Below are positions 37,501-50,274 of a stretch of 64,000 nucleotides of DNA, piece after piece (the first letter of the stretch is position 1; each line of letters opens with the position of its first letter). Position numbers and translations under genes: made by a program. The notes beneath the pieces were generated by a model that was not told where the DNA came from, did not search any database, and was given only the letters and a program-made list of their open reading frames with translations. Source of the DNA: Phaeosaccion multiseriatum (lineage: Eukaryota > Protista > Ochrophyta, other classes); contig OZ218957.1 in the NCBI GenBank assembly GCA_965112735.1, forward strand, positions 3,162,001 through 3,226,000, read 5' to 3'.

Positions 37501-37910
37501 CGGAGGGAAGCGTTAAGGATTGAATACATGACGTGCGTGGAATGAGCGGCCGTTGTCGAGTGCTGTGTGCAGGCTAGGCAAGGAGAAACGCTCCTTGCAA
37601 GGCTTTCTCCGCGCATGTTGCCAGGCCCTCGCTTCTGACTCAGCGGCATAAAAAACTAATCTTCCCTCTGCGAGGGAATCCACCCGAGCAATCGATGCTC
37701 TCCAAACCAGCGCAGCTGCTCACTTACCGAGTCCAGTGTGTCGATGGTGGGGCCGAGGCCAGCCTTTGTCACCGCGGCCAGGGCGGCATCGAATGCGCCC
37801 GCACCTTCGCCCTGGGTGTTGAGCTCGACGACTGTTGTAGTCACATCAGAACATGAGGATCCGAGGGTGAAGCCCAGGAGAAGTGAGACAGCAACCAAAG
37901 AGCGTCCCAT
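34595..37910 (-). CDS. Secreted fasciclin protein with 4 FAS1 domains, acidic linkers and C-terminal Cys-rich repeats; exons 37728-37910, 35162-37465, 34595-35029
   Basis: Signal peptide MGRSLVAVSLLLGFTLGSSC. Four copies of T(V/L)F(A/L)PTDxAF...L(T/L)YH...NGxxH(V/I)ID(G/S)VL. Phase-0 GT-AG junctions. Confidence 0.92.
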
Positions 37911-38142
37911 GATGCCACTGGACAGTAGCTACAAGACTGCTCTCCTTTGGGTGTGACTGTGTGCGTTGTCTCTCTCTATTTGGCAGAGAGAGAATTAGGT
38001 GGGGAAGTGAAAGTGAGAGGCTCAAAAGCACGCGCTTGGCCTGCTGATGACTAAATTCCCGAGGAGAGTTCCGAACACCGGAAAAGGCCCAAAAAAAATC
38101 AATTGCTTCTGCAAGCACTGAAACTGAAACTGATTTAACAGT

Positions 38143-38818
38143 TTGAAGAGAACAAACAAAGCAGAAAAGAGGGCTCTACAGGACCACCAGCACCCGTTGC
38201 AGCAGCGGGTATCATCGGTGACAGCATCACCATCAGTATCAGCAGCAGAAGCAGCAGCACGGGGGTCTAGTAATCCCTACATCGCACGCACTGCTATTTT
38301 TGCTGCTGCTCCTGCTGCTGCTCCTGCTGCTGCTTTTCCTACAGTTCCTCCTGCGAAGAAAGAGAGGGGGCGAGGACGTCCCCGAGGGAGCAAGGACACT
38401 TCCGCCAAGTTGGATGGAGCTGCAGCGCCAGCAAAGAAGGCTGCTGGGCCAGTAAAGAGAGGGCGAGGAGGACCCCCAGGGAGCAAGAGCGCGAAGGGAA
38501 GTGCAAAGCCAGGTCCTGTACGCCAGGAAACGGTCGACAGAAATCGGGGTAATTGGGCCAAGATGGGATTTGTAGTTCCAGGCAGCTTTGAGGAGAGAGA
38601 GGGCACAGTTCTGGGCTCTCCAGTACCATCTGTAGCACCAGCGAAGACGTCTTCTCCGCCCCTCCCACGCGCCGAAGCAGCTGCTGCTTGCACCAAGGAA
38701 GCATCAGCAAGAGGGACAACGGCAGATAGCTCAGTAGGAGAGGGAGCAGCTGCGGCTGGCGCCAAGGGAGGGCAGGCGTCTGCAGGAGAGGCATCGCGTC
38801 ACGCAGCTCGTCATGCAG
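38143..38818 (+). other. AT-hook-containing ORF fragment (possible exon or pseudogene)
   Basis: KKERGRGRPRGSKD plus a degenerate KRGRGGPPGSK; no convincing ATG start or in-phase continuation. Confidence 0.3.
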
Positions 38819-39408
38819 GTGGGTGGGTGAGAGAGAGAGAGAGAGTCCTTCGGGGAGGGGAGGGAGCATAGAAGAGGAGCATGGGAAGAGAGGCATAGGA
38901 GAAAGTGGAAGATGACCGTAGGAGTTGATGTGCTCCCTCTCTCCCTCCCCCCTCCGTCCCTCCGGCTCAAAGCTCCGCAGAGGCAGCGCCGAGACAGCAG
39001 CAGCAGCAGCATCTCCAGGAGGAGGTATCACATCACGCCGCTCGTCATGTCATGCAGGTGGGTAGGTGAGAGAGGGAGAGATTTCTTTGGGGAGGGAAGG
39101 GAGCATAGCTAGAAGGGGGGCATGGGAAGAGAGGCATAGGAGAGAAGCAGAAGATGCCCGTAGGAATTGATGCGCTCCCTCTCTCCCTCCCCCCTCCGTC
39201 CCTCCGGCTCAAAGCTCCGCAGAGGCAGCGCCGAGACAGCAGCAGCAGCAGCATCTCCAGGAGGAGGTATCACATCACGCCGCTCGTCATGTCATGCAGG
39301 TGGGTGGGTGAGAGAGGGAGAGTCCTTTGGGGTGCGGAGGGAGCATAGAAGAGGAGCATGGGACGAGAGGCGTAGGAGAGAAGTAGAAGACGCCCGTAGG
39401 AATTGATG
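38805..39408. repeat. ~240-bp tandem repeat, 2.5 copies
   Basis: catgcaggtggg recurs at about 38812, 39051 and 39293 with conserved intervening sequence. Confidence 0.85.
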
Positions 39409-40340
39409 GAGTGAGGGAGTCCTCGGTGGACAGAGGTGCGGCAGCCGGGCGACGACCAGAGAGGGGAGAGTTGTTAGCGAATTGTGCGATCGACTTTGAC
39501 CGCTGGGCTTGCGTCTGGAACGAGGGCTCCAGTGACGAAAGGACTCGGCAAGTGGAGCAACGTTTTCCGCAAGACGAGTGCACATCTGCGCCAGTACCAC
39601 GACCTGCTGAAGAGGAGGATGAACACGAAGGCCACTATGAAGCCGATTCTTCAACAGGGGGCCAGCCTGACAGCAGACTTGAGGCGACCGGCGCCTGGGG
39701 AGGAGTTCACCACTCCGTCTTAGAGCCACAGCCGACGTGCCCATCGCCAGGACAGCTCGAGCAGCTGAGGCTGAGGGAGGAGCCTATGTCTTTGGTAGCA
39801 GCAACTGCTGCGGCTGCGGCTGCGAGTAGCGCCGAGGCGTGCACCCTGCGGGAGCAAGCCCCCTCCCTCTCTACTCGGGGTGGAAGCGTGCCTAAATAGC
39901 GGTGCTAGTGGTCAACCGGCCACACTTCGAGCTGAATCACAGCGGAAGAGGGCCTGTAAGATGTGCAACAAGTGTGGGCATTAGCAGGAGGTTGGGAGGG
40001 GTGGGCGTGGGCGTGCACACAGGGAAGGAGAAGACTTGTTGCATACCGACAAGCGGACCCGGAAGCGCAATCGCAATGGCGAGCTCATTCCAGAGACCCA
40101 GTCCGCCAGCAAGATGTATGGTGGGCCCTGTGAGTGTGTATTCTGCAGTTCATTCGCAGCTTCTAAGCCATGGAAAGGCCAATACAGGGCCAAAAAAGCA
40201 ATCGCTTGTTGTAATCCACTAGCCAGTCGCCAGTTGTGGTGGGGGAATTTGAATTTAATTGGCTGGCCCTTCGGGCCAGCCCTATTACTATTAGCACACG
40301 ATATTATTCCCATAAAAGAAGGGAAACGAAAGGAAAAGGT

Positions 40341-43300
40341 ATGAAGCCCCGGCCGCTGCTGACGGTTCCGATCGTGCTCGGGTGCTACCACGGCGCGGCG
40401 GCCTTCTGTCTGTCAGCGGGTCCCCGCTCAGCGCCACGTGCGACGACAACTCTTCTGAGGGGGGCAACAGGAGCACGGGCTTCCCGCCGACTGGGTGGAG
40501 GATGGCGGGCTCCTTTGGTTGCGGGCGGGGTGTCGGAGATGAGGCGAAGGTGAGGGACCGACGAGCATGCGGCTGCTGCCTCATGGGATCCTTGGAAGTC
40601 GCACACACACACACGTGTCCGTGTTTCCCTCCCTCTCTCTCTCTTCGCCTCCTCCTCCAGACGTCCTGACGCGTACCCGAATGAGCAATTTCCTCCGCCT
40701 CCTCCTCTACCTCCGGCCCTCTTGTCTGCTGCTGCCCTGCTCCATGGGAACCTTTCAAGTCGCATGCACACAAATCCTCCGCCTCTTGTCTTTCTCTCAA
40801 CACCCCACACCTCCTCTCCTTCCGCGCGCTTTTCCCCTTTGGTCCGTCTCACAGCAGAGGCCGCAGCTGCATGTCAATGGCGGCGCCGGAGCAGGAGGGC
40901 CTCACTGCTATGCTGGGCCTGCCGGACGAGCGAGTGCTCAAAGCGGTGGAGAAGACCAAGGGAAGAGTACTTGCACAAGACGTGGCAGCCTTGTCTGGAG
41001 TCAGTGAGTATAATTTGCAGGCTTGGGGGGTGAGGGATTTGGGAGGGCGGTAGTTTCTGTTTAGTCTTGTGGGGGGAGGGGGGGGGGTACCGCCAGACAA
41101 TAATGTCATTCTCCCCTCTTATGCTGTACGCTGTGTTTGTTTGGGTGCGCCCCCCCCCCCCCCTGGCCCAACCACAGCCATCACGCAGGCGCAGGAGGGG
41201 CTGACCAATCTTGCGGCGCTGGTGGACGGCGAACTCGAGGTCAACGGCGAAACAGGAGAGTTAGTGTATAACTTTCCGCGGAACTTTCGCCAAGTGCTCA
41301 CGGCTCGCTCAGGCAAGCAGCGAGCGGCCCAGATATGGAGGGAGAAGGTGAGTGAGAAGGAGCGGGGGGAGGACATAGATGGGCAGAGATGGGCAAAAGA
41401 CAGAGAGACAGGGCCGAGCGAAACAATCGTATGTGTGTGTTGTGTGTGTGTATGTGTGTCTCGTCCACTCTCGGCTTTTCCCTTCCGCCTTCGCGCCCCC
41501 CTGCGGCCCCCGTTCACTTAGTCTCTTCCCCGCCCGTGTGCTCAAATTCAATGACTCCCCCGTTGCGTGATCCTTCGATCCCCTTCCATCCGCCGCTCTC
41601 CCACCCCCCCGTGCTACCCACTTCACTCAGTCCCTTCCCTCGCCGTGTGTTCCACTTGAATGACATCATCTCGTGATCCATCGATCCCTCCATACACCGC
41701 CCTTCCCCTCCCTTCCCCTCCCCTACCAGGTGTGGCCTTTGCTCTTCTACGGTATCCGAGTCGGCTTTGGCGTGGTGTTGTTCGCCTCCATCGCCCTCAT
41801 CTTTGCCACCATCATCTTCATAAGCACCAGCAGCGGATCGGAGGAGGACAACCGAAGAGGCCGTCGCGGAGGAGGTGGGTGAGCGTCGGCTTCACTTGAT
41901 GAATCGCGTACTTTCGACCATATCATGTTTTTTTTCCATGCACACCGCAGAAAGTGAAGGCCATAAGAAGACACATGCACCAAGGGTGGAATGGGACGTG
42001 TGTAGCAAAAGAGGCGCTTCCTCTGCCCTCTCAGATTGCTCGAGTCCACGTACACTCACCCTGTTTCACTCCATCTCCACCCGTCTGTCCCTGTGCAATC
42101 CCACCTTGGCAACCCCTTTGGCTCAATCTGTGGGCCCTCCCCTCTGCCCCCCCCACCTCTTCCCCGACCCGCCACCCCCACCCTTCCGTCCGTCCGTTGC
42201 TTGGCGATGCAGGAGGATCCATGATGATCGACCCCGGGTGGTTCGGCCCCTCTCCCTTCGACTATTTCTACTACCGCCCTTACTACGGCTACTACCGCAC
42301 ACCCGTCCAGGAGAGGCGCGATCCCGAGGAAATGGGCTTCGTTGAGAGCATTTTCAGTTACATTTTCGGGTGAGATGAGGGGCATTGGCATGAGCGACTG
42401 ATGCGATACGGCAGACAGCGCAGTCGACACCACAGTTTTCAGTTTTGAGTTTATGTGGTGACCTTATCAATGTCGAACACCATAAATGGGGTCGATAGCG
42501 AAGCTTGGGCACCACAGGTCTTGTCGCGCGCCCTCCACTGCCATCCCCTCTTGAATTGTCCGTAACGGGAGCATGCGTAACTCCGGGCAATGCCAGAAGA
42601 GAGAGAGAGATGCCAGAAGAGGGAGAGATGCCAGAAGAGAGAGAGAGAGATACCAGAAGAGAGAGAGAGGGATGCCAGAAGAGAGAGAGAGAGATACCAG
42701 AAGAGAGAGAGAGGGATGCGAGAAGAGAGAGAGGGATGCCAGAAGAGAGAGAGAGGGATGCCAGAAGAGAGAGAGAGGGATGCCAGAGGAGAGAGAGAGA
42801 GAGGGATGCCAGAAGAGAGAGAGAGAGGGATGCCAGAAGAGAGAGACAGGGATGCCAGAAGAGAGAGAGAGAGGGATGCCAGAAGAGAGAAAGAGAGATG
42901 CCAGAAGAGAGAGAGAGAGAGGGATGCCAGAAGAGAGAGAGAGGGATGCCAGAAGAGAGAGAGAGGGATGCCAGAAGAGAGAGAGAGGGATGCCAGAAGA
43001 GAGAGAGAGGGATGCCAGAAGAGAGAAAGAGAGATGCCAGAAGAGAGAGAGAGGGATGCCAGAAGAGAGAGAGAGATGCCAGAAGAGAGAGAGAGATGCC
43101 AGAAGAGAGAGAGAGGGATGCCAGAAGAGAGAGAGAGGGATGCCAGAAGAGAGAGAGAGGGATGCCAGAAGAGAGAGAGAGATGCCAGAAGAGAGAGAGA
43201 GGGATGCCAGAAGAGAGAGAGAGAGAGGGATGCCAGAAGAGAGAGAGGGATGCCAGAAGAGAGAGAGAGATGCCAGAAGAGAGAGAGAGATGCCAGAAGA

Positions 43301-45870
43301 GAGAGAGAGGGATGCCAGAAGAGAGAGAGAGAGAGAGGGATGCCAGAAGAGAGAGAGATGCCAGAAGAGAGAGAGAGGGATGCCAGAAGAGAGAGAGAGA
43401 TGCCAGAAGAGAGAGAGAGATGCCAGAAGAGAGAGAGAGGGATGCCAGAAGAGAGAGAGAGGGATGCCAGAAGAGAGAGAGAGGGATGCCAGAAGAGAGA
43501 GAGAGGGATGCCAGAAGAGAGAGAGAGGGATGCCAGAAGAGAGAAAGAGAGATGCCAGAAGAGAGAGAGAGGGAGGGAGATGACGGAAATATGCATGGTT
43601 CAGGCACGCTGCTGTGTATCCTTCCCTTCGCTCACGCGTATTTTTTCCCTCCTTCCACCCTCCTCCTCCTCGACTCTTGTTGTTGTTTCTTATCATGATT
43701 CCTTCCCCCATGCCCTCTCCCCCCCCTGTGCCTGTTTCACCTCCTCTTTGCTTTCCGTCTTGGAACAACAACAGAGACGGAAACCCCAACGTCGACCTTC
43801 CAGCGCGGCGCATTCAGGCCATCTCCGAGCTCATCCGCCAGAACGGAGGCGCCGTAACGGCCGAGCAAATGGCCCCTTATTTGGACTGTCCTCCCATGCC
43901 CAGCGGCAAGTCTCTTTTGGTGGATGAGAGCTTCGTGTTGCCCGCAGTGACTGCCCTGAGAGGTCGGCCCGAGGTAAATGTGGGGAGTGTAAAGTCTGTC
44001 TCTCACTGACTGACATTGGTTGGTCGTTGTGTTGTGTTGTGTTGAAGTTTGCGTTGTTTTTAATGTGGGTACGACCAGACTACGATCGCTCCCCTCTTCT
44101 ACAACCCCCCCCCCCCCCCCCCTTTTTTTTTCCATACTTACATAACTGTTTAGAAACAATGGTGTGGGTTCAGGTGCCAAGGGCCACGTCTGAAGTGAAA
44201 ACTTACGATTAGATTTGCCAGTCGGCCTTCGGTTACGATTGCAAGGATTAACGGATGTGCTCGGATGGCAACTGATGACATGACAGGTGACTGAGGACGG
44301 AGACATCATTTACGTCTTTCCTGAGCTGCAGACGTCCGCCATAGGGGGGGAGCGGAGCGGCTCCATGGCGGGCAGATCTACGCGGGAGATCAAGGCCTAC
44401 ATGACGGCAAATGTGCGTGCGTGCGTGTGTGCTTGACCGTGTACTTGTCGTAGCGCTGCCCTCCACCCGTCTCAGTTAGCATGGCCACTCGCTTTGTGTG
44501 CTTGCCAGCCCAAAGGTCTCTTCGGGCTTTTTTCCTGTTGTGTTTTGTGCGACTTTTGCGGCGCCGCCTAATTGTCTCTTGATGTTCACTTTCGCTCTCC
44601 TCTGCTCTGCTGTTGTCCCCTCTGCTCTCCTGTGTGCTCCTCTCCTCTGCTCTTCTATGCTCTCTGCTCCTCCTGTGCTCTCCTCTCCTCTCCTCTCATC
44701 TCCCTTCCCCTACCCGCCCTACCCCCTTTCCCCTCTCATCCCTCTCCTCTCCTCTCCTCTCCTCCCCACTTACCCCACCCACCCCCCAGAGCATTCCTTC
44801 CTCTGACCTCTTTGAGAAGGACGCCCTCTTGCACCGGATCGACGTGTTCAACCAAGCCGTCTCCAGCCGCCTGGGCAGAGGTGGCAGCAGCTCCTCCTCC
44901 TCCTCCTCCTCCTCCTCCTCTCTGCCTTCGACGTTACCTGAGAGAGAAATTAAGTTCAGCATAGCCACGGACGGACAGAAGCTCGGAGCAGGGGTGTTAG
45001 GGGCGGTTAACCTAGGGGGGGCGCTGTATCTGCTTCGCATCCTCCCCGCCTATGCACTGCCCGGCGTGTACGGTCTTGCTCAGACCCTCATGCCTGCGTT
45101 GCTGACTTATGCGGTGGCCTTCAACGTCATCCCCCTGGTGCGTGGTGCGCTCCTCACGAAGAAGAATAAGAGCATTCAGGAGCGCAACAAGGTGAGAGAG
45201 CAATATGCTTCGATGCTCTCTGAGGCAGGCAGGGGGGCTGGCGGTGGCAAGCTCAAGCGGAAGCTCAACGCGGCCAAGAACTTCGCAAGCAAACTTAAGG
45301 TGAGATAGAGAGAGAGAGAGAGAGAGGTGGGGTGGATGGCAGTGGATGGGGAGGGAAGGAGGAATAGGGAGAGGGGGGATGGAGAGAAAGGGAGGGAGGG
45401 AGGGACAAGCAGGACAGGCAGGGAGTAAATAGGACCGGCACCCCGCCACACCCCACCAGGACAGGGCATGGAGGGAGGCGGCGCAGGAGGCTGGTGCACA
45501 GGAGTGTTAGGTCTGAGCAAAGACAACTCTGACCCCTGCAACCCCTTTTTTGCTACTTGTCTGACCCCTTCAACCCCGTTTTGCTGCGTTGTGTTCTCTT
45601 GCCCTTCGTGCGTGATGCGTGCGTGCGTGCGTGGGTGTGTGCGCGTGTGTCTGTGTGCGTGTGTGTGTGCGTGTGTCTGTGTGCATGTGCGTGTGTGTGC
45701 GTGTGTGTGTGCGTGCACAGGTGCTCAAGAAGGGAGATGCCACGTACTCGTCAGCCCGGAGCGTGGAGGAGCAGGCGCCGCTGCCGCAAAGCAACGCACC
45801 CAGAGACCCCCTGCTGGAGGAGTTCGACCAGAAAATAAAGGATCTAAACATTCAGAGGGAGGCTGAATGA
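40341..45870 (+). CDS. At5g03900-like conserved plastid membrane protein (9 exons)
   Basis: Presequence MKPRPLLTVPIVLGCYHGAAA-FCL. Conserved blocks DVAALSG, LAALVDGELEV.ETGELVYNFP, FYGIRVGFGVVLFASI, MGFVESIFSYIFGDGNPN, IRQNGGAVTAEQMAPYLD, VTEDGDIIYVFPELQ and LGAVNLGGA match my recollection of this plant/cyanobacterial family. Confidence 0.85.
42590..43572. repeat. Intronic minisatellite GATGCCAGAA(GA)n(GG), ~1 kb
   Basis: Directly visible; unit about 19-25 bp with a variable GA tract. Confidence 0.95.
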
Positions 45871-46381
45871 ATCAACAAGCAGTCGAAGCAGTCGGAGAAG
45901 AGAACGAGGGAGGGCAACGAGGCCAGCGAGGCCAGGGAGAGAGCAAGCGCAAGGTGCCCTTGCCTCGCATACAGAGCTCGAGCTTCAGCCCGGCAGCGCA
46001 GCACGGCCTTGAGGTGGGGTGGGTGGGGCGGGGTGGGTCTGGCTCTCTCCCGGCCCTGGCTGTCTCTCCGCTGCAGCCCTCCTTGATCGACTCGATATTA
46101 AGTATCTGTACATTTTGAAGTAGGATCATATAAGGAAGGAGGAAGGAAGAGAGGGAGAGGGCACTTAAAAGTAACGTCTCCTATACAAAATTGAAGGACG
46201 GAAGGAGAAGGAGTTTACATAAAAGTAACGTCTTCTCTGGTCTAAAAGTAACGTCTCCTCTCTCTCGCAAAACCCAGTGGCGCCCTCCTCCCCTTTGTGC
46301 GGCTCCTCTTCTCTTCCTTGTCGCGCCTGCTCCTCCTCCTCTCCGACTCTTTTTCGAGTATTATAGCCTTGGGGGAGGCTG

Positions 46382-47260
46382 ATGGCCGTGGACGCCGCTC
46401 TGAGCGCTCTGCTCAGGAGGGCCGAGGCGTCCTCCAGAGTCTGCAAAAGAGAGAGCAGCGTATCTGTGTGGGATGCGGCCAAGATTGGTGCGTGGGGAGG
46501 TGCAACTATAGCAACAGCGTGAAGATGTGTGGGTTCTTTGGGATAATGGGGGGGGAGAGCGAGGAGGCAAAGCATTGAAGTGCCACCTTCCACCACCTTG
46601 GCTGATCCTCTCTGATCCTTTGCTCCTACTGCTCCTGCTGCTTACTGCCGCGCAGAGTCCCTCTCTCTTTCTGAGGTGCGTTCGCTGGGCTCCCTAGTGG
46701 ACACGCTGGGGTCGCTCTCTGCCAAGGCGCAGGACATTCCCACGCCCTTCACGTCCCTGGACAGCCTCCGAAGGTCCAACCAGCAGCAGCGATTGTACGT
46801 CCTCCGAGACAACAGTAGTGAAGCCGATGCAGCCGGGGCAGGTGATGATGGTGCCGTAGTGGGGTTTGCCAAAGTGGGGGAGAAGAAGCTGTGGTGTTAC
46901 GATGCAAGGGGCATGGTCGTGGAGGCCACTCCGCTGTGTCTGCTCGACTTTTACGTGCTGGAGTCGAGGCAGCGAAGGGGTTACGGCAAGCGTTTGTTCG
47001 ATGCCGTGTTGAGCAATGAAGGTCCGGGGATTTCATCTCCAACAACAATGGGGGGAGAAGAAGGAGAGGAAGGGGTAGGCCTCTGTCGCGCAGCATCAGT
47101 CATGGCCTACGACCGGCCAAGCGCCAAGCTCAGGCCCTTCCTGGACAAGTACTACGGGCTCCGGCAGCAGCAGGCCATCGACCAGCCCAACCGTTTCATG
47201 GTGTTCGACCCGCACTACTTTGATCACTTCGGGGCCAGGGCTATGACACGGGAGAGGTGA
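46382..47260 (+). CDS. ATAT1: Alpha-tubulin N-acetyltransferase (MEC-17/ATAT1); exons 46382-46487, 46656-47260
   Basis: VDTLGSLSAKAQ, GFAKVGEKKLW, PLCLLDFYVLESRQRRGYGKRLFD, AYDRPSAKLRPFL.KYYGL, QPNRFMVF. Confidence 0.92.
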
Positions 47261-48082
47261 AGGAACGAATCAAGGAGCGACCAAAGAAACGAACGAAAGA
47301 ACATTTCTGCTGCTGCTACTGCTGCTGATGATGATTCTGATTCGGCCTACTGCTAGCTAGTGCTGGGTCACTATCGTGGCTCAGGGGATCATACGTTGCC
47401 TGCCCCATGTCTTGTGAAGTAGACGCACTCCAATGAGGAGGAGGATGGGAGAAAGGGTGAGAGAGGGGTGAGAGGGAGCGCGATCGGATCCGCGCTGTCA
47501 CTCGGCTCGCTCCATCTGGAGTGAAGCATCTGTTGCTGTTTTCAAATCAAACAAGGGGGGGCGAGCGTCGTACTTGTGGCCTGGAGGGTCCTGCCCCCCT
47601 GCACCACCCCTCCAGCCATGAGCCATGCAAGAGCTGTATGTGGCCTTGATTGTGCCTCCTGTCTTGTTGCATGTTTGTGGGCAACCTCTACCGGCCTGGC
47701 TTGGACAGGGAGCCCTCTTCTTTTGGCGAGGACGAGGGACGAGGAAGTATGATGACAAGGTGGGGCCCTCGGAGCGGTGCCCCCCTCAGTCCCTCGACTC
47801 GGCTCTTCAGTGAGTGCGTCATGAGGGGAGGAAGCACAAGACAGGACCGTCGGTCGGCCCGGCCCCGGCCAGGTTGGGTCGAGTTGGCCCAGGTGACCGA
47901 CGGAGGATGGAGCGAGGAGCTCCATTGCCCGCTTGACTTTCAGCGATGTCGCCGCGCTGCCCTCAGCAAGCTCCGGCCAGAGAGAGCTATCCTCCTCTCC
48001 TGCGCGAGGTTGATGGGAGGAACACGAGTCATCACCATTGAGGGGAGTGCCCCAGCCAGATAGCCACACAGCCAGATGGCCA

Positions 48083-48153
48083 GACAGTCAGACAGACAGA
48101 CAGACAGACAGACAGACAGGCAGGCAGACAGACAGATAGACAGACAGACAGAC

Positions 48154-48225
<72 letters not shown>

Positions 48226-48259
48226 GTACAGACAGACAGACAGACAGACAGACGGACAG

Positions 48260-48293
<34 letters not shown>

Positions 48294-48312
48294 ATCCAGC
48301 CAGCCAGCCAGC
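48083..48312. repeat. (CAGA)n microsatellite
   Basis: Directly visible. Confidence 0.9.
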
Positions 48313-49078
48313 CAGACAGCCCAACCAGAGGGCACGGGCATGGGAAGCTCTCAGCCCAGCGGACACGGCTAAGGGCTAAGGGCGCAAGCAGATGAACACA
48401 ACAGACGAAGTGGACACGGCTAAGGGCTAAGGGCGTAAGCAGATGAACACAACAGACGAAGTGGCCAGGCAGAGCACATGACTGAATGAGATGAGAGAAG
48501 CGACTACAGCCGCGCACTACTCGCGCCACCGTATGTCGCTTTGTCGTTGGAAGTTGATCGTCATTGTTACTGATCAGATGAAATCATCAAAGGGATGTGG
48601 ACCGACCGCTTTGGTGCTCTCGTGACTGAAGTAAGGTGTGATGCGCATAGCGCAAGCAAGCACCTCTTGACGGCCTCTGACGCCTCTCCCTTCCCTTCCC
48701 TTCCCCTTCCTTGCTTGGAGGTATCACAAGATTTACATCATGCATAGCCGCACACCGCAGCAAGAAGCTGTGGTGTCGCCATCTGAGATGCTTCATTCTC
48801 AGATTACAGTACAAGATCCATAGATGTTCCTCAGCCACTCATTCCCCTTTTATCCTCTTCTGCCGTAAATCTTCCTTACACGCAGCGAGACGCAAGCGTC
48901 TCCAGGCGACCTCCTCCTCCTCTCCTCCTATCTAATCCCCCCCCCCCTCTTGGTCATTTCTGACCCTTCCCTGTTATGTACAGTACTCTTTTGTGTCTTC
49001 TGGTGTCTCGCTCCCTTTCACACTATATACGTATACACCATTACAGTACCACCCCATGTCGGTGCTGCAATGTCGCCG

Positions 49079-50274
49079 TTACTTGGTGGTGGTTCCGCAC
49101 TTACACGCCGTGCCGCAAGAGCAGGCATCCCCACAGCAGGTGCAGTCGGTCCAGGGGCATTCACCGGAAACCGCCGCCTCCTCCATGCCCTCCTTCGCCA
49201 GGGCCTCCAACTGTTCCTCGGTCTTGGCAGTCGTTCCGCCGCGGGAGCAGGCCGCTTTGAAGTAGGAGAGAAGAGGGGTTGCCCAGCAGAAGGAGGGGAG
49301 GGAGATGTCAGAATGCGATTGAGCGGTGATCCCTCACGGGCAGGCAGCGCAATGAACTCTTTCGCTTCTCGTCCTTGACACCGACTTACATGGGCCGCAT
49401 GTACAGGTGTCTCCGCAAGCGCAATCGGTAGAGGAGCACGACTCGGTCTGACAGACAAGGGACAATATTAAATAGCAGAGAGATACAAAGGGTAAGGGGA
49501 AGGAGAGAGGGAAGGGAAGGTGCCATCGGGCGTTCCGAGAGAGGCAGAGGCCCCCCTCCCTTCAGCCCCTCTCTCCTTCAGCCTAGCCCTTACCCCAGCC
49601 CCACACCTTCTTCTGCTCTTCCTTCCCTCTCTCTCGAAGCCTTACCTTGACCGCATCGATGGTCTCCTTGGAGGGGGCGGTGGCGGTGCAGGGGGTGCGG
49701 GTGCAACAGCTGGCCGTCGCGCAGCAGCAACCTGGTCCACAGGTGCAGACCCCTGTTCGCTCAAACAGAAAGGGGGAGGTATCAGAGACAACAGGGGGGA
49801 AAGGGAGTGTGAGGGCGAGTCAGAAGTGGTGATGTTGAATGGATGAGTAGTTGAAGTTCATGTGAGTTTCCTTTTCTTATAAAGAAGGAGAGGGGTGGCA
49901 GAGGGGGAGGTGGCTCCTACAGTCGTCCATGCCTCTCTTCTGATGATTAGAGTGAGCAGCAGCAGGAACAGCAGTAGAAGCAGACACCAGAGCTCTCAGC
50001 AATTTAAAGCGGGGTATTCTTTCCGAAGGATGGCATGGCACATGCCACTTCCTCGGTTTCCTGAACCCTCTCTTCCGAGGAGAAAGAGCGTCGTGTGGAG
50101 GAGGTGTCTCTCGCAGTCAAGTATGTCTCTCTCTCTTTTGTAAAAGGAGGTGGCGCTGAGGGCAGGGGAGAACACAAAACCGACAGAACAAGTCTCAACA
50201 TTCTGCAAGCGAAGAGGACAAGCCTCAGAAGCTCTCGCTCACATACCTCCAGTGCAGCACGAAGTACTAGCCAT
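49079..50274 (-). CDS. Metallothionein copy A, 122 aa, 24 Cys; exons 50247-50274, 49646-49752, 49390-49447, 49079-49254
   Basis: Spliced product MASTSCCTGGVCTCGPGCCCATASCCTRTPCTATAPSKETIDAVKTESCSSTDCACGDTCTCGPSACSRGGTTAKTEEQLEALAKEGMEEAAVSGECPWTDCTCCGDACSCGTACKCGTTTK*. All junctions are canonical GT-AG and in phase. Confidence 0.88.

Noticed and set aside
42354-43927. Six overlapping 336-448 aa ORFs
   Set aside because: Stop-free translations of a minisatellite; only ~43775-43973 is a real exon.
48360-48462. Duplicated ~55-bp unit containing ctaagggctaaggg
   Set aside because: Only two heptamers per unit and not the TTTAGGG/TTAGGG telomere motif; an ordinary local duplication.
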